64,000 bases of DNA from Candidatus Latescibacterota bacterium (GCA_965204725.1 OZ242005.1:3232001-3296000); one strand, 5' to 3'. Shown: positions 10,029-19,625, counted from the first letter of the stretch. Program-made: numbers and translations. Notes: generated from the sequence alone by a model not told the origin.

Positions 10029-12767
10029 TCAATCCTGTGCGGCAAACAACCTCTGTAGGTGCTCGCCCGTGTGGGAACCGGCCGCGTGGGCCACTTCCTC
10101 GGGGCGGCCGCAAGCCATGAGCGCCCCGCCAGCGTGCCCGCCTTCTGGCCCTAGGTCGATGACCCAGTCGGCGGCCGCAATGAATTCGAGGTGGTGTTCA
10201 ACCACCACGACGGTATTGCCTTCGTCAACTAAGCGCTGCAAGAGCGCGAGCAGCAAGCGCACATCCTCCAAGTGCAGGCCCACGGTCGGCTCGTCGAGTA
10301 TGTAGAGCGCGTGATCTTGGCGCGAGCGGCCCAGTTCGGCCGCCAGCTTGACCCGCTGTGCCTCGCCGCCGGAGAAACTAGTGGCCGGTTGGCCGAGGTG
10401 CAAATACCCCAAGCCCACTTCCGAGAGGGTCGCTAGCCGCTGCGCTACTTGGGGGACGGGCGCAAAAAACGCGCTCGCCGCGGCCACGCTCATCTCCAGC
10501 ACTTCGGCGATGTGGTGCTGGCGGTAGCGCACGTCCAAGACCTCGCCGCGGTAGCGTCGTCCACTGCAAGCGCGGCAGATGGCTTCGAGATCGTCTGACG
10601 CACCGCGGCCCTTGCACAGGTCGCAAGCACCCTCCGGGGCGTTGAAGCTGAAGTGCCCCGGTCGGTAGCCCCGCAGGCGAGCTTCGGGCAGCTCGGCAAA
10701 CAGGCGGCGAATCGGCGCGAGCACCCCGGTATAGGTTGCCGCATTCGAGCGCGCGGAGCGGCCGATGGGCCGCTGATCAACCGCCACGACGCGCGCGATC
10801 TGTTCAACCCCAGTGCAAGTGCTGTAAGGCAGGGGTCGCCGCTGAGCGCCGTGCAGTTTGGCCGCCAAGAGCGGGTGCAGGGTGTGGCTGACCAGCGAGC
10901 TTTTGCCCGACCCGGAAACCCCGGTCACGCAGGTCAAGGTCCCCAACGGCCATTGCACGTCGAGTTGGCGCAAGTTGTGGCCGCGGGCACCAGCCAGCGC
11001 CAACCACCCCTGCGGCCGACGCGCCCAGGTGCGCGGCAATTGCAACGCCCCGCGCAGGTAGCGTCCGGTCAGCGACTCGGTCGCGGCGACCTCGCCCGGA
11101 GTGCCCTCGGCCACGACCTGCCCGCCGGCGATCCCCGCGCCCGGCCCCATATCGACCAGCCAGTCGGCCCCGCGCAAGAGTGCTGCGTCGTGTTCTATGA
11201 GGAACACGGAGTTCCCGGCGTCGCGCAGTGCCCGCAGCGCGTCTAAGATCTGGGCGGCGTCGCGGGCGTGCAAACCGGCACTGGGTTCGTCGAGCACATA
11301 GAGCATCTGCGTGGTGCCCGACGACAGGGCGGACCCGAGGCGCAGCCGCTGAAACTCGCCGCTCGACAAGGTGTCGGCGCGGCGGTTCAGTTGTAAGTAC
11401 TCCAGCCCCAACTCGTGCAACAGGCTCAGCCGGCGGCTAATTTGAGCGCGGATGGCCTCGCCCATGGGGGCTGTAGCCTCGGGGAAATCGAGGTTCCCAA
11501 GCCACTCGGCCGCCGCGACCACCGCACACTCGCCGACCGCAGCAATCGACGCCCCGCCCAGTTCAACCGCGAGGGCTTCGGGCCGCAAGCGCGCTCCGCC
11601 ACAGCTAGCGCACGGGACATCGTCGAGGCGTTCCTCTAGCCAAGTCAATTCCTCGCCTTGGGCTTTCGCGCCGACGCGCTCCAGCCAGCGCTCCAGCCCG
11701 ATAAACCGCCCCCGCCGCCCCTCGCCGCGCCATAGCCGGGTGGCCGCTTGGCCGGCCCAGTCGCCCACGGGCTGTTCGAGATTGACCTGATGCCGCCGGC
11801 AGAAGGCTTGCAGGCGGTCGCGCAAATCGCCGTGCCCAAAGTCGTGCCACAGCGGACCCAAGGCCCCTTCGAGCGTGGCCCGTCCAGCGGCAAAGACCTG
11901 CTCGTAGTTCAAGCCACTCTGCACCCCGAGGCCTCGACACGCCGCGCAGGCCCCGGCCGCGCTATTAAAGGAAAACAGCGCGGGTTCTAGGGCCGGGAAG
12001 GGCGCACCACAGGCCGAACACGCCGGCCGCACCGAAAAAACCAGATCGCTTCCGGTGCCGCGGGCCGAGAGTACCACTTGGCCGTCGCCGACTTCCAAAG
12101 CCGCTTGCAGCGAGCCCGGCAACCGGCGCGTGATGCCCCTTTTGACGACGAGGCGATCGACGACTATGGACAGGTGCTGGGCACAGGCGATGTGTGCGGG
12201 CGCGACTTCTTCGAGCAGCAGGTCTCGTCCGTCGAGGCGCAGATGGCGGTAGCCGGCGCGATCGACTGCGGCGAGGACCTGCTCGGGCGTTTCGTCTGCC
12301 CGCTGGCGGCGCGGCGCGAGAATCATCAGGCGGGTCCCGTCTGGCAGGCTCCTAGCCGCTTCGCTCGCTTCCTCAAAGCGATGCGTCTGTACGCGCCCAC
12401 CACAGGCGAGGCAGCCGGGCCGACCGACGCGGGCAAAGAGCAGGCGCAACAGCTCGTACAGGCCGGATAGGGTGGCGACCGTGGCGCGCGGACTCGGGCG
12501 GCCGGCCCCCCCGGCCAGCGCGAGGGCCGGGGCCAAGCCGTCGATGCGGCCGGCCTTGGGCACGCGCAAGGTGCGCCAGCCGCCGCCTTGGTCCAGCGCC
12601 GCGAGAAAGCGCCGGCGGGCCTCGGCGTAAATCGTGTCCAATACGAGCGAAGTCTTGCCCGACCCGGACGGGCCGCTGACGGCCACAATGGATTCGTGGG
12701 GCAGGTCCAAAGAGACGCCGCGCAGGTTGTGTTCGCAGGCTTCGCGGACGACTAAAGTCGGCTGCAT
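10029..12767 (-). CDS. uvrA: UvrA-like ABC ATPase (divergent excinuclease ABC subunit A paralog)
   Basis: Two Walker A motifs (GPSGSGKT, GVSGSGKS), LSSGEFQR / FSGGEAQR signatures, LDEPSAGLH / LDEPTVGLH, CxxC zinc modules and DLGPEGG. Confidence 0.85.
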   Translation of the reverse strand: MQPTLVVREACEHNLRGVSLDLPHESIVAVSGPSGSGKTSLVLDTIYAEARRRFLAALDQGGGWRTLRVPKAGRIDGLAPALALAGGAGRPSPRATVATLSGLYELLRLLFARVGRPGCLACGGRVQTHRFEEASEAARSLPDGTRLMILAPRRQRADETPEQVLAAVDRAGYRHLRLDGRDLLLEEVAPAHIACAQHLSIVVDRLVVKRGITRRLPGSLQAALEVGDGQVVLSARGTGSDLVFSVRPACSACGAPFPALEPALFSFNSAAGACAACRGLGVQSGLNYEQVFAAGRATLEGALGPLWHDFGHGDLRDRLQAFCRRHQVNLEQPVGDWAGQAATRLWRGEGRRGRFIGLERWLERVGAKAQGEELTWLEERLDDVPCASCGGARLRPEALAVELGGASIAAVGECAVVAAAEWLGNLDFPEATAPMGEAIRAQISRRLSLLHELGLEYLQLNRRADTLSSGEFQRLRLGSALSSGTTQMLYVLDEPSAGLHARDAAQILDALRALRDAGNSVFLIEHDAALLRGADWLVDMGPGAGIAGGQVVAEGTPGEVAATESLTGRYLRGALQLPRTWARRPQGWLALAGARGHNLRQLDVQWPLGTLTCVTGVSGSGKSSLVSHTLHPLLAAKLHGAQRRPLPYSTCTGVEQIARVVAVDQRPIGRSARSNAATYTGVLAPIRRLFAELPEARLRGYRPGHFSFNAPEGACDLCKGRGASDDLEAICRACSGRRYRGEVLDVRYRQHHIAEVLEMSVAAASAFFAPVPQVAQRLATLSEVGLGYLHLGQPATSFSGGEAQRVKLAAELGRSRQDHALYILDEPTVGLHLEDVRLLLALLQRLVDEGNTVVVVEHHLEFIAAADWVIDLGPEGGHAGGALMACGRPEEVAHAAGSHTGEHLQRLFAAQD

Positions 12768-12862
12768 TGCGCTCGCCTATTCGCGCATTTTAAGAAAGAC
12801 ATGGGTGCATAAAGCATAGGGGTTGGGTGTTGTACACTCCGAGAAGCAGACCGGCACTAACA

Positions 12863-12915
12863 TTGACGCTAAATCGCTTTGTATGTATATTAACTTAACT
12901 ATTTTTAATAAGTTA
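12863..12915 (+). promoter_or_regulatory. sigma70-type promoter with downstream palindromic operator candidate
   Basis: TTGACG(12863-68)-17 nt-TATATT(12886-91), followed by the inverted repeat TAACTTA-N11-TAAGTTA (12891-12915) in an AT-rich gap. Confidence 0.7.
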
Positions 12916-12983
12916 TAAAAATGTACGGACCCGCGTTACCACCGCGAATTCCGCCTCTTCCGCCGCTGAGATTTCCCACTGGC

Positions 12984-14348
12984 ATGCAAATTTGCGCCCC
13001 CTTGTGGCTAGGGGTTTGGGGCCTTGCTATATGCTGGCTCGTCCCGCCGGCCCGCGCCCAAATACCCGATAAGCACTGGACGCTGACCGAGCTTATCGAC
13101 CGCGCCTTAGACCACGACGCCGAGGTTGCGAGCAGCCGCTGGCAGGTTGAGTCGGCCACGGCCCGCCGGCGCCAAGCCGCGGCCGCCAAGTTTTTCCCCC
13201 GCCTGCGCCTTGACAGCGAAAGCGGCCTAGTCCCAGATGCTATGGGCAATGTGTTCAACCCGCCCGCCGATACCACTGGAATCCCGTCCTTGGGGCCGTT
13301 TGTGCGCGCTGAGTTGCAGTTTGTGCAGCCGCTCTATCCCTTTAGCCTCGGTCGCCACCTCGACGAGGCCGCCACCCGAGGGGTGGATGTGGAGCAGTCC
13401 GAGTTGTCGCAGACTCGGCTGGACGTGGCCTTTGCAGTCAAGGAGCTGTACTACGGGCTGCTGTTGGCCCAAGACCTCAGCGCCTTGGCGCAGCGCGTCA
13501 GTGAGGAACTGGACCGCAGGGTCGAGGAGTTAGACGACGCCCTCGCGCTTGCGCCGTCCGACCGCTACAAGTTGCGGCTGGCCCAGCTCGACTTGGGCGA
13601 GCAGCAGCGCATGGTCGGCGACCAATTGGCCTTGGCGCGGGCGGCACTCGCTTGGCGCACGGGCCTGCCCCGCGACGCGCCCCTGCTGCTGCGGGCCGAA
13701 GGACTCGCGCCGGTAGCGGCCTCGGTTCCGCCCTTAGACGAGTTGGCTGCCCAGGCCCTCGGCCAGCGACCGGAATGGCGCAAGCTGCAAGCGGGCCTCG
13801 CCGCCAAACACGCCCTCGCGCAAGCGGCCCGCGCCGCGTACCAGCCCCAAGTATTCATCGGCGGCGGCTTGCGCTACGCCGTGGCCCCGGGGCGCACCGA
13901 TCAGCGGAACCCATTTGTCAAAGATGAGTTCAACTTTTTTAATGGCGGCGTCTTCATCGGAGTGCGGCAATCCTTGGAATGGCACTTGTTGGCAGCAGAT
14001 TTAGATCGGGCACGCGCTGAATACCGCGCCCTCGAAGTGCGCGTCCCGGGCGCGGAGGAGGGAATTCGCTTAGATGTCCACCGCGCCTACTTGGACTATC
14101 GCCGCGCCGACCGCGACTTGCAAGGGGCTCGCCAGAGCCGCCAACTGGCCCGGCAGTGGCTGCGAGAAGCCCGCGACGATTTTGAGTTCGACCCGCAGAC
14201 CATCGGCGAATTGATCGCCGCCTTTGAGGCTTGGGCCCGCCGCGAGCAAGGCTATGGCGAAGCCCTATACGACTTTAACATCAGCGTCGCCCGCCTCGAA
14301 AAAGCCACGGGCGGGCTCGAATTGATTCCCCGCGATGAAACTCCTTAG
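12984..14348 (+). CDS. TolC-family outer-membrane efflux protein
   Basis: Signal peptide ending ARA, two OEP helical repeats (FFPRLRL, YQPQVFI) and the C-terminal ARLEKATG pattern. Alternative start at 12921. Confidence 0.85.
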   Translation: MQICAPLWLGVWGLAICWLVPPARAQIPDKHWTLTELIDRALDHDAEVASSRWQVESATARRRQAAAAKFFPRLRLDSESGLVPDAMGNVFNPPADTTGIPSLGPFVRAELQFVQPLYPFSLGRHLDEAATRGVDVEQSELSQTRLDVAFAVKELYYGLLLAQDLSALAQRVSEELDRRVEELDDALALAPSDRYKLRLAQLDLGEQQRMVGDQLALARAALAWRTGLPRDAPLLLRAEGLAPVAASVPPLDELAAQALGQRPEWRKLQAGLAAKHALAQAARAAYQPQVFIGGGLRYAVAPGRTDQRNPFVKDEFNFFNGGVFIGVRQSLEWHLLAADLDRARAEYRALEVRVPGAEEGIRLDVHRAYLDYRRADRDLQGARQSRQLARQWLREARDDFEFDPQTIGELIAAFEAWARREQGYGEALYDFNISVARLEKATGGLELIPRDETP

Positions 14349-15612
14349 CGCGGTCCTGCTGTTGGCTTTGGCCAGCCACGGCGACAGCGGGGCCGACGCG
14401 GCGGGGCCGACGCGGGCCGTGGCGCGGCTGAACGCGCTGCTGGCGTCGCCCAACCGCGAGTGCGCCGGCTGGGCCTACCGCCTCGTGAGCGAGCACTTGG
14501 CCTTGGACGAGTTCTCCGCGGCGACTTTTGGCGACTACACTGAAAAGTCGCTGAAGGCCTACCGGAGCCTGCTCTCCGTTCCGCGCTTTACGCGCCTCGT
14601 TGAGCACTATCGCGGCCGGCTCATGCGGGCCTTTCAGCACCGCCTCCGCGCCGACTTGGCCGCCCAGCTCGCTGCCCCGGACTTGCGCGGCGTGCGCTTG
14701 GATAGCCTCGCAGTGCATGGCCAGCGGGCACGGGCGCAGCTTCGCGCGTTGTTTGACGCTCGGGCGCTCGACATGGAGGCCGATTTGATTTTCGCCAACG
14801 GGACTTGGAAAATCGCCGAGCTGACGATCGATGGCCGGGCCGTCTCCAGCCACTATCGGCGGCGCTATCAGTCCCTGATCAACAGCGGCCATTCTCCGCC
14901 AGTGATGGAAGCCCAGCTCGCCGAGCGCGAGTTTGTCGTCCTCGAGGACTTCGCCGCTACGTGGGACGGGTCGCAGCCGCTGGAGTGGGGGCCGTGGAAG
15001 AAAAAGGACCGCCACAAACCCGTGCTCTATCGCGTCGAGGGCCGCCCGCGGCGCTACATGGCCGCTCGCGATTCGAGCCACTCGGTGATCGTGGGAAAAT
15101 TCGCCCACTGGAATCCCCGCGAGTACCCGATTATGACTTGGTGTTGGCGGGCCGCGGCCCTGCCGCTGGGCGGCAACGAGTTCCTCGACGACGCCAACGA
15201 CAGCGCGGCCGGCGTGTACGTCATCTTCTCCAAGAATTGGCTGGGGGTTCCCAAACAGCTCAAATACGTGTGGAGCACGACCTTGCCCGAAGGCACGGTG
15301 GGGAGGCGCGACAAGATATTCCGGCCTTGGTTCTTCGTCGTCGAAAGCGGCGCGACCAACTTGGGCAAGTGGACCTTTGAGGTGGTTGACTTGGAGAAGC
15401 ACCACCGAGAAAAGCTCGGCGGTCGCCCGGCCGCGCGCACCATCGGCCTAGGGTTGCTGACAGACGCCAACTCAACCCGCTCGTACGCCGAAGCGTACTA
15501 CGCCGATCTGCGAGTCTGGACGCGCCAAGCCTTTGACGGCGGCCGCGTCGTCAACTACTGCGGCGGACTTCCCGTCCCCAACGGCGCGTACGCAGAGGAG
15601 AATTCGCAATGA
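14335..15612 (+). CDS. Exported fusion protein: N-terminal MlaC/Ttg2D-like domain plus C-terminal DUF3047 domain
   Basis: WKIAELTIDGRAVSSHYRRRY is the MlaC C-terminal motif. YPIMTWCWR, DSAAGVYVIF, LKYVWS and LLTDANST are DUF3047-type motifs. Confidence 0.7.
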   Translation: MKLLSAVLLLALASHGDSGADAAGPTRAVARLNALLASPNRECAGWAYRLVSEHLALDEFSAATFGDYTEKSLKAYRSLLSVPRFTRLVEHYRGRLMRAFQHRLRADLAAQLAAPDLRGVRLDSLAVHGQRARAQLRALFDARALDMEADLIFANGTWKIAELTIDGRAVSSHYRRRYQSLINSGHSPPVMEAQLAEREFVVLEDFAATWDGSQPLEWGPWKKKDRHKPVLYRVEGRPRRYMAARDSSHSVIVGKFAHWNPREYPIMTWCWRAAALPLGGNEFLDDANDSAAGVYVIFSKNWLGVPKQLKYVWSTTLPEGTVGRRDKIFRPWFFVVESGATNLGKWTFEVVDLEKHHREKLGGRPAARTIGLGLLTDANSTRSYAEAYYADLRVWTRQAFDGGRVVNYCGGLPVPNGAYAEENSQ

Positions 15613-16211
15613 AAATGGTATGGTGCGCCGCGTGGGGTGCCCTTTGCGCGATCGCGGCCAGCGCGGCCGCAGCGGACGACCCCATCGCCTTCCTCAAAAG
15701 CCACGACGCCGAGGTGCAAGCCATCCTCGCCCAAGCGCCGGCCGACTCGCTGCCCCCGGCCATGCGGGAAGAACTCAAAAAGCACATCAATGCGGCCTTT
15801 GACTTCCGGGAATTGAGCCGCCTCGCCTTGGGCGATCACTGGGAAAAACGCTCCCCAAAAGAGCGCGACCACTTCGCCGCAACCTTCAGCAGCATCATCC
15901 GCGAGCAGAATTTTGCCAGCTTCTCCCGCTACTACCGAGAGGGCGAGATCCGCTACGAGTCGGCCGAGGTGCAAGGCGATGCAGCCGTCGTCCAAGCGCT
16001 GGTACCCGTGCGGCGCGAGCAAATAGCGATCGAGTACAAGCTCCATCGGGTGGAGGGTTTGTGGCGGATATACGACTTGGTCATCGACGGCGTCAGCACG
16101 GCCGAGGGCAACAGGCGGCGCTATGCCCGCTACATCGAGAAAAATGGCTACGAGAAGCTAATCGTCCAGCTCGACAAGCAGTTGGCCCGCCTGCGCCAAA
16201 CCCGGGATTGA
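15609..16211 (+). CDS. MlaC/Ttg2D (HpnM-like) periplasmic lipid-binding protein
   Basis: Signal peptide, FDFRELSRLALGDHW and WRIYDLVIDGVS..NRRRY. Confidence 0.88.
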   Translation: MKMVWCAAWGALCAIAASAAAADDPIAFLKSHDAEVQAILAQAPADSLPPAMREELKKHINAAFDFRELSRLALGDHWEKRSPKERDHFAATFSSIIREQNFASFSRYYREGEIRYESAEVQGDAAVVQALVPVRREQIAIEYKLHRVEGLWRIYDLVIDGVSTAEGNRRRYARYIEKNGYEKLIVQLDKQLARLRQTRD

Positions 16212-16220
16212 GCCGCCGCC

Positions 16221-18614
16221 ATGCCCATAAGCCACCAGCGCTTGGTCCGCTACATCTACCACCACTACATCGGCATAATCGCGCTGGCCACAGTGCTGTC
16301 GGTATTTGCCGGGTTTTTCGCCGCCAAGCTGGCCGCCAACATCAAGACCGACTTCGCCGACCTCCTGTCCGACGAGTACGTCAGCGTTAGCGAACTCAAC
16401 CGCATCAAGGCCCGCATCGGCGGCATCGGCCCGCTGATGGTCGTCATTACCAGCGCCGACTTGGGCGCGGCCGTTTCCTTCATGCAGGTCTTGGCCGATT
16501 CGCTCGAACACAGCCCGCTCGTCAGCTCGGTCAGCCGCTTTGACAGCAAAAAGGAGCTCCTCGAAAAAAACCGGCTCCTCTACATGGACTTAGCGGACCT
16601 GCAAGAAATCAACCGCCGCCTCGACGAGCACATAGACCTGCAAAAGCTCAAGCAGTCGCCGCTCTACTTCGCCTTTGACGACGAAGAAGAACAGGGGCTC
16701 GATTTTTCGGATATCGAGGCCAAGTACCAGCAGGATGGCGCGGCGGACGCGGTCGCAGAGCAATATCGCCGGTACGTCCTCACGCGCGAGGGCAACGGCG
16801 TTATCCTGCGGCTCTATCCGGCCGGGCTGACCACGGATGTTGTCTTCTCCCAAGCCCTGATCGACCATCTCGACCAGACCATTGCCGCCATTGGCCCGGA
16901 GCGCTTCCACCCCAGCATCGAATGCGTGTACAAGGGCAGTTTCCAAAATAGCGCCAACCAGTTCACGATCATTGTGCGCGACCTCAAGTCAACGGCCTTG
17001 TACAGCATCGTCGGCGTGCTCCTGCTCATCACGCTATTCTTCCGCCAAGTAGTTGGCTCGCTCTTCATCACCTTGCCGTTGCTGATGAGCCTGACTTGGA
17101 CTTTTGGCGTCACCTACTTGGCCATCGGTAGCCTCAACATGATCACCGTGGGGCTTTTCGCCATCCTCTTTGGGCTGGGCATCGACTTTGGCATTCACAT
17201 TTTTGCCCGCTACCGAGAGGCCCGCCGCCGCGGCATGGACCTCGAACAGGCCCTGACCGTGACCGTCCGCCACACGGGCAAGGCCCTGACGACGACGGCA
17301 CTTACTACCTCGGTCGCCTTCTATTCGCTGCTGTTGACGGATTTTAAGGGGTTCTCGGAGTTTGGCTTTATCGTGGGCACCGGCATCCTGTTCTCGCTGG
17401 TGGCCATGGTGGCGATATGCCCGGCCTTCATCGTCCTCGCCGAGCGCCTGCGCTGGATCATCCCGATCCGCAAGCGAAGCGTCCTGTGGCGCACTGGTCG
17501 CTATCCAAAGCCTTGGATCACCTTGCTGATGGGTGCCGCGATCACTGGGTACTCGCTGTACTACTTTGGCGATTTGGAATTTGAATACGATTTCAGCAAG
17601 CTCAAGCCCAAGCCGCTGCCTACCATCAACAAGGGCAGCCTGCCCCAGAGCCTCAAGGAAGGCCGCTCGCCGGCCATCGTCTTGACCGAAAGCTACGACG
17701 AGGCCATGGAGGTGGTGCGCACGGTCGAGCGCATCAAGGCCGCCCACGGGGACTCCTCCACGGTCCTCAACGTCAAGAGCGTGTACTCCGCGCTGCCGCA
17801 AGCCCAAGACGACAAGCTGGCGCTCATCGCCGACATGCGCGCCGTGCTCGACCGGGAAGAGGGTCTGTTCAGCGAGAGCGAGCGGGCCAAACTCGATTCG
17901 CTGCGCCCGTACCTCGACGTGGAGAAGCTAACGCTCTACGACCTGCCCGCAGACTTGACCAACGAGTTCAAGGACAAGGACGGCCGCATTCTCAACTTCG
18001 TGGCGATCAACGCCGCGGTCGAGCTCAAAGACGGGAAAGACGCCATCCGCTTTGCCGAGGAAATCAGCCGCATCGAAACGCCGACGGGCACGACCTATAT
18101 CGCCTCTAGCTCGCACATCATCGTCGCCGAAATGCTCAAGGTCATGCTCAAAGACAGTTCCCTCGCCGTGATCCTCACGCTCGCGGTCGTCGCGGTGGTG
18201 CTGCTCATCGACCTGCGGAGTTTGGTCGATGCCCTGCTGGTGCTCACGCCGCTTTTGAACGCCTTGGTGTGGGTCGTGGGCTTCATGTACGTGTTTGACA
18301 TCAAGCTCAATCTCTACAACATGGTGGCCTTTCCGACCATTATCGGCATGGGCATTGACAACGGCGTCCACATCTTCCACCGCTATCAAGAAGTCGGCCG
18401 CGGCTCGCTGCGCTTGGTGTTGCGCACAACCGGAGTCGCGCTGTTGGCTACGTCGCTGACGACGATGGTCGGCTTCTCGGGGCTGGTGCCGGCCATCCAT
18501 CCGGCCCTCACGTCGATTGGCGTGCTCTCGCTGGTGGGCTTGGGGTCTTGTTTTATCACCTCCGTCACCCTGCTGCCGGCCCTGTTGCAAGTCCGCGAGC
18601 ACCGCGCTTCCTGA
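16221..18614 (+). CDS. MMPL/RND-family (HpnN-like) inner-membrane lipid transporter
   Basis: Two-repeat topology of about 12 TM segments with GLGIDFGIH and GMGIDNGVH proton-relay motifs. Confidence 0.9.
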   Translation: MPISHQRLVRYIYHHYIGIIALATVLSVFAGFFAAKLAANIKTDFADLLSDEYVSVSELNRIKARIGGIGPLMVVITSADLGAAVSFMQVLADSLEHSPLVSSVSRFDSKKELLEKNRLLYMDLADLQEINRRLDEHIDLQKLKQSPLYFAFDDEEEQGLDFSDIEAKYQQDGAADAVAEQYRRYVLTREGNGVILRLYPAGLTTDVVFSQALIDHLDQTIAAIGPERFHPSIECVYKGSFQNSANQFTIIVRDLKSTALYSIVGVLLLITLFFRQVVGSLFITLPLLMSLTWTFGVTYLAIGSLNMITVGLFAILFGLGIDFGIHIFARYREARRRGMDLEQALTVTVRHTGKALTTTALTTSVAFYSLLLTDFKGFSEFGFIVGTGILFSLVAMVAICPAFIVLAERLRWIIPIRKRSVLWRTGRYPKPWITLLMGAAITGYSLYYFGDLEFEYDFSKLKPKPLPTINKGSLPQSLKEGRSPAIVLTESYDEAMEVVRTVERIKAAHGDSSTVLNVKSVYSALPQAQDDKLALIADMRAVLDREEGLFSESERAKLDSLRPYLDVEKLTLYDLPADLTNEFKDKDGRILNFVAINAAVELKDGKDAIRFAEEISRIETPTGTTYIASSSHIIVAEMLKVMLKDSSLAVILTLAVVAVVLLIDLRSLVDALLVLTPLLNALVWVVGFMYVFDIKLNLYNMVAFPTIIGMGIDNGVHIFHRYQEVGRGSLRLVLRTTGVALLATSLTTMVGFSGLVPAIHPALTSIGVLSLVGLGSCFITSVTLLPALLQVREHRAS

Positions 18615-18638
18615 CGACAGTCACCCCGTGCCCTGACA

Positions 18639-19562
18639 CTACTCGGCTTGGTCTAACAGGCGTCTAAAGGCGTCAAGGCTGGGCACCTGTACGGCCGCCC
18701 GAAGCAACTGCTTGAGACGCGGCACATCGGCGGTTTCTCCAATGCGGACGGCCAACGGATCTGACGCAGCCAGCCCAAAGCGAATCTCTAGCACTTCGAG
18801 CAGAGCTTCAATGGCGCCTTCTCGGCCGCCTCGCTCAATGCCTTGCTCGATGCCCTGTTCAATCCCCTGCTTAATGCCCTGCTCAATGCCCTTTTCCGTG
18901 AAATACTGCACTACTGACGACTCGTACATGGTCTCCTCCTCGATGATGGTCATAATCGTCTCTAAGTTATACACCAACCCACTTAACATCGCAAGATCGG
19001 CCAGATAGTTGGCTTTGCGGCTCTCGTCCATCGGCACCTGTTGCGCCCGATTCACACACTGGCGCAACCAGCCCTCGGCATCTATGCCCACCGGCTGCTG
19101 CATCAGCGGCGCAAACGGCAGCAAGCCCGAAGGCCCCGCGGCGAGGATGCGTTGGCCGTCGATCTCGATCAGCCGGATGACCTTGTATTGGACTAAGACG
19201 CGGTAGCCGCGTCGCTCTTGGACATAGTGCCCCGGATCATTCCGGCCGGCGTCTGGACGGAGATAGATGACGTTGGAATAGATCGGCCGGCGATGTTGCT
19301 CGATGCCGCGTCCGATATAGCCGGCCATGCGGAGGGGCATGGGCGGGTTGCTGTCGGTGGTTTGGAATTCGTGGTGGATCAATGCCTTCTGGTCGCCAAT
19401 TTTGACGCGAATGAGGCTGTCGGTGCGGTGGGTTTCGACGGTGGTTTGCTCGGTATCGACGACGCCGAGGATTTGGATGTCGTCTTGTTGGAGGGCGAAG
19501 CGGGCGAAGTCGTGGGGGTAAGTGTGGATGAGGTGTTTGGCGATGGTGTCGAATTCGGCCAT
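18639..19562 (-). CDS. Rpn/YhgA-like recombination-promoting nuclease family protein (PD-(D/E)XK, DUF4351-like C-terminus)
   Basis: RTDSLI..HHEFQ catalytic-type motif, MPLRMAGY, tandem GIEQ/GIKQ repeats and LEIRFG tail. Confidence 0.85.
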   Translation of the reverse strand: MAEFDTIAKHLIHTYPHDFARFALQQDDIQILGVVDTEQTTVETHRTDSLIRVKIGDQKALIHHEFQTTDSNPPMPLRMAGYIGRGIEQHRRPIYSNVIYLRPDAGRNDPGHYVQERRGYRVLVQYKVIRLIEIDGQRILAAGPSGLLPFAPLMQQPVGIDAEGWLRQCVNRAQQVPMDESRKANYLADLAMLSGLVYNLETIMTIIEEETMYESSVVQYFTEKGIEQGIKQGIEQGIEQGIERGGREGAIEALLEVLEIRFGLAASDPLAVRIGETADVPRLKQLLRAAVQVPSLDAFRRLLDQAE

Positions 19563-19610
19563 GGGTCCTGCCTTGGTTGCGGGTGGGGGTGGGGGTGGTA
19601 TGTGCAACAG

Positions 19611-19625
19611 GCAAGAATCGTGCCA
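19611..19625 (-). promoter_or_regulatory. sigma54 (RpoN) -24/-12 promoter upstream of the Rpn-like gene
   Basis: The minus strand reads TGGCACGATTCTTGC, matching TGGCACG-N4-TTGC, about 50 nt upstream of the ATG at 19562. Confidence 0.7.

Noticed and set aside
18835-18895. Short tandem 12-bp repeats resembling a mini array
   Set aside because: They encode the GIEQ/GIKQ repeats of the Rpn protein; there are no spacers and no cas genes, so this is not CRISPR.
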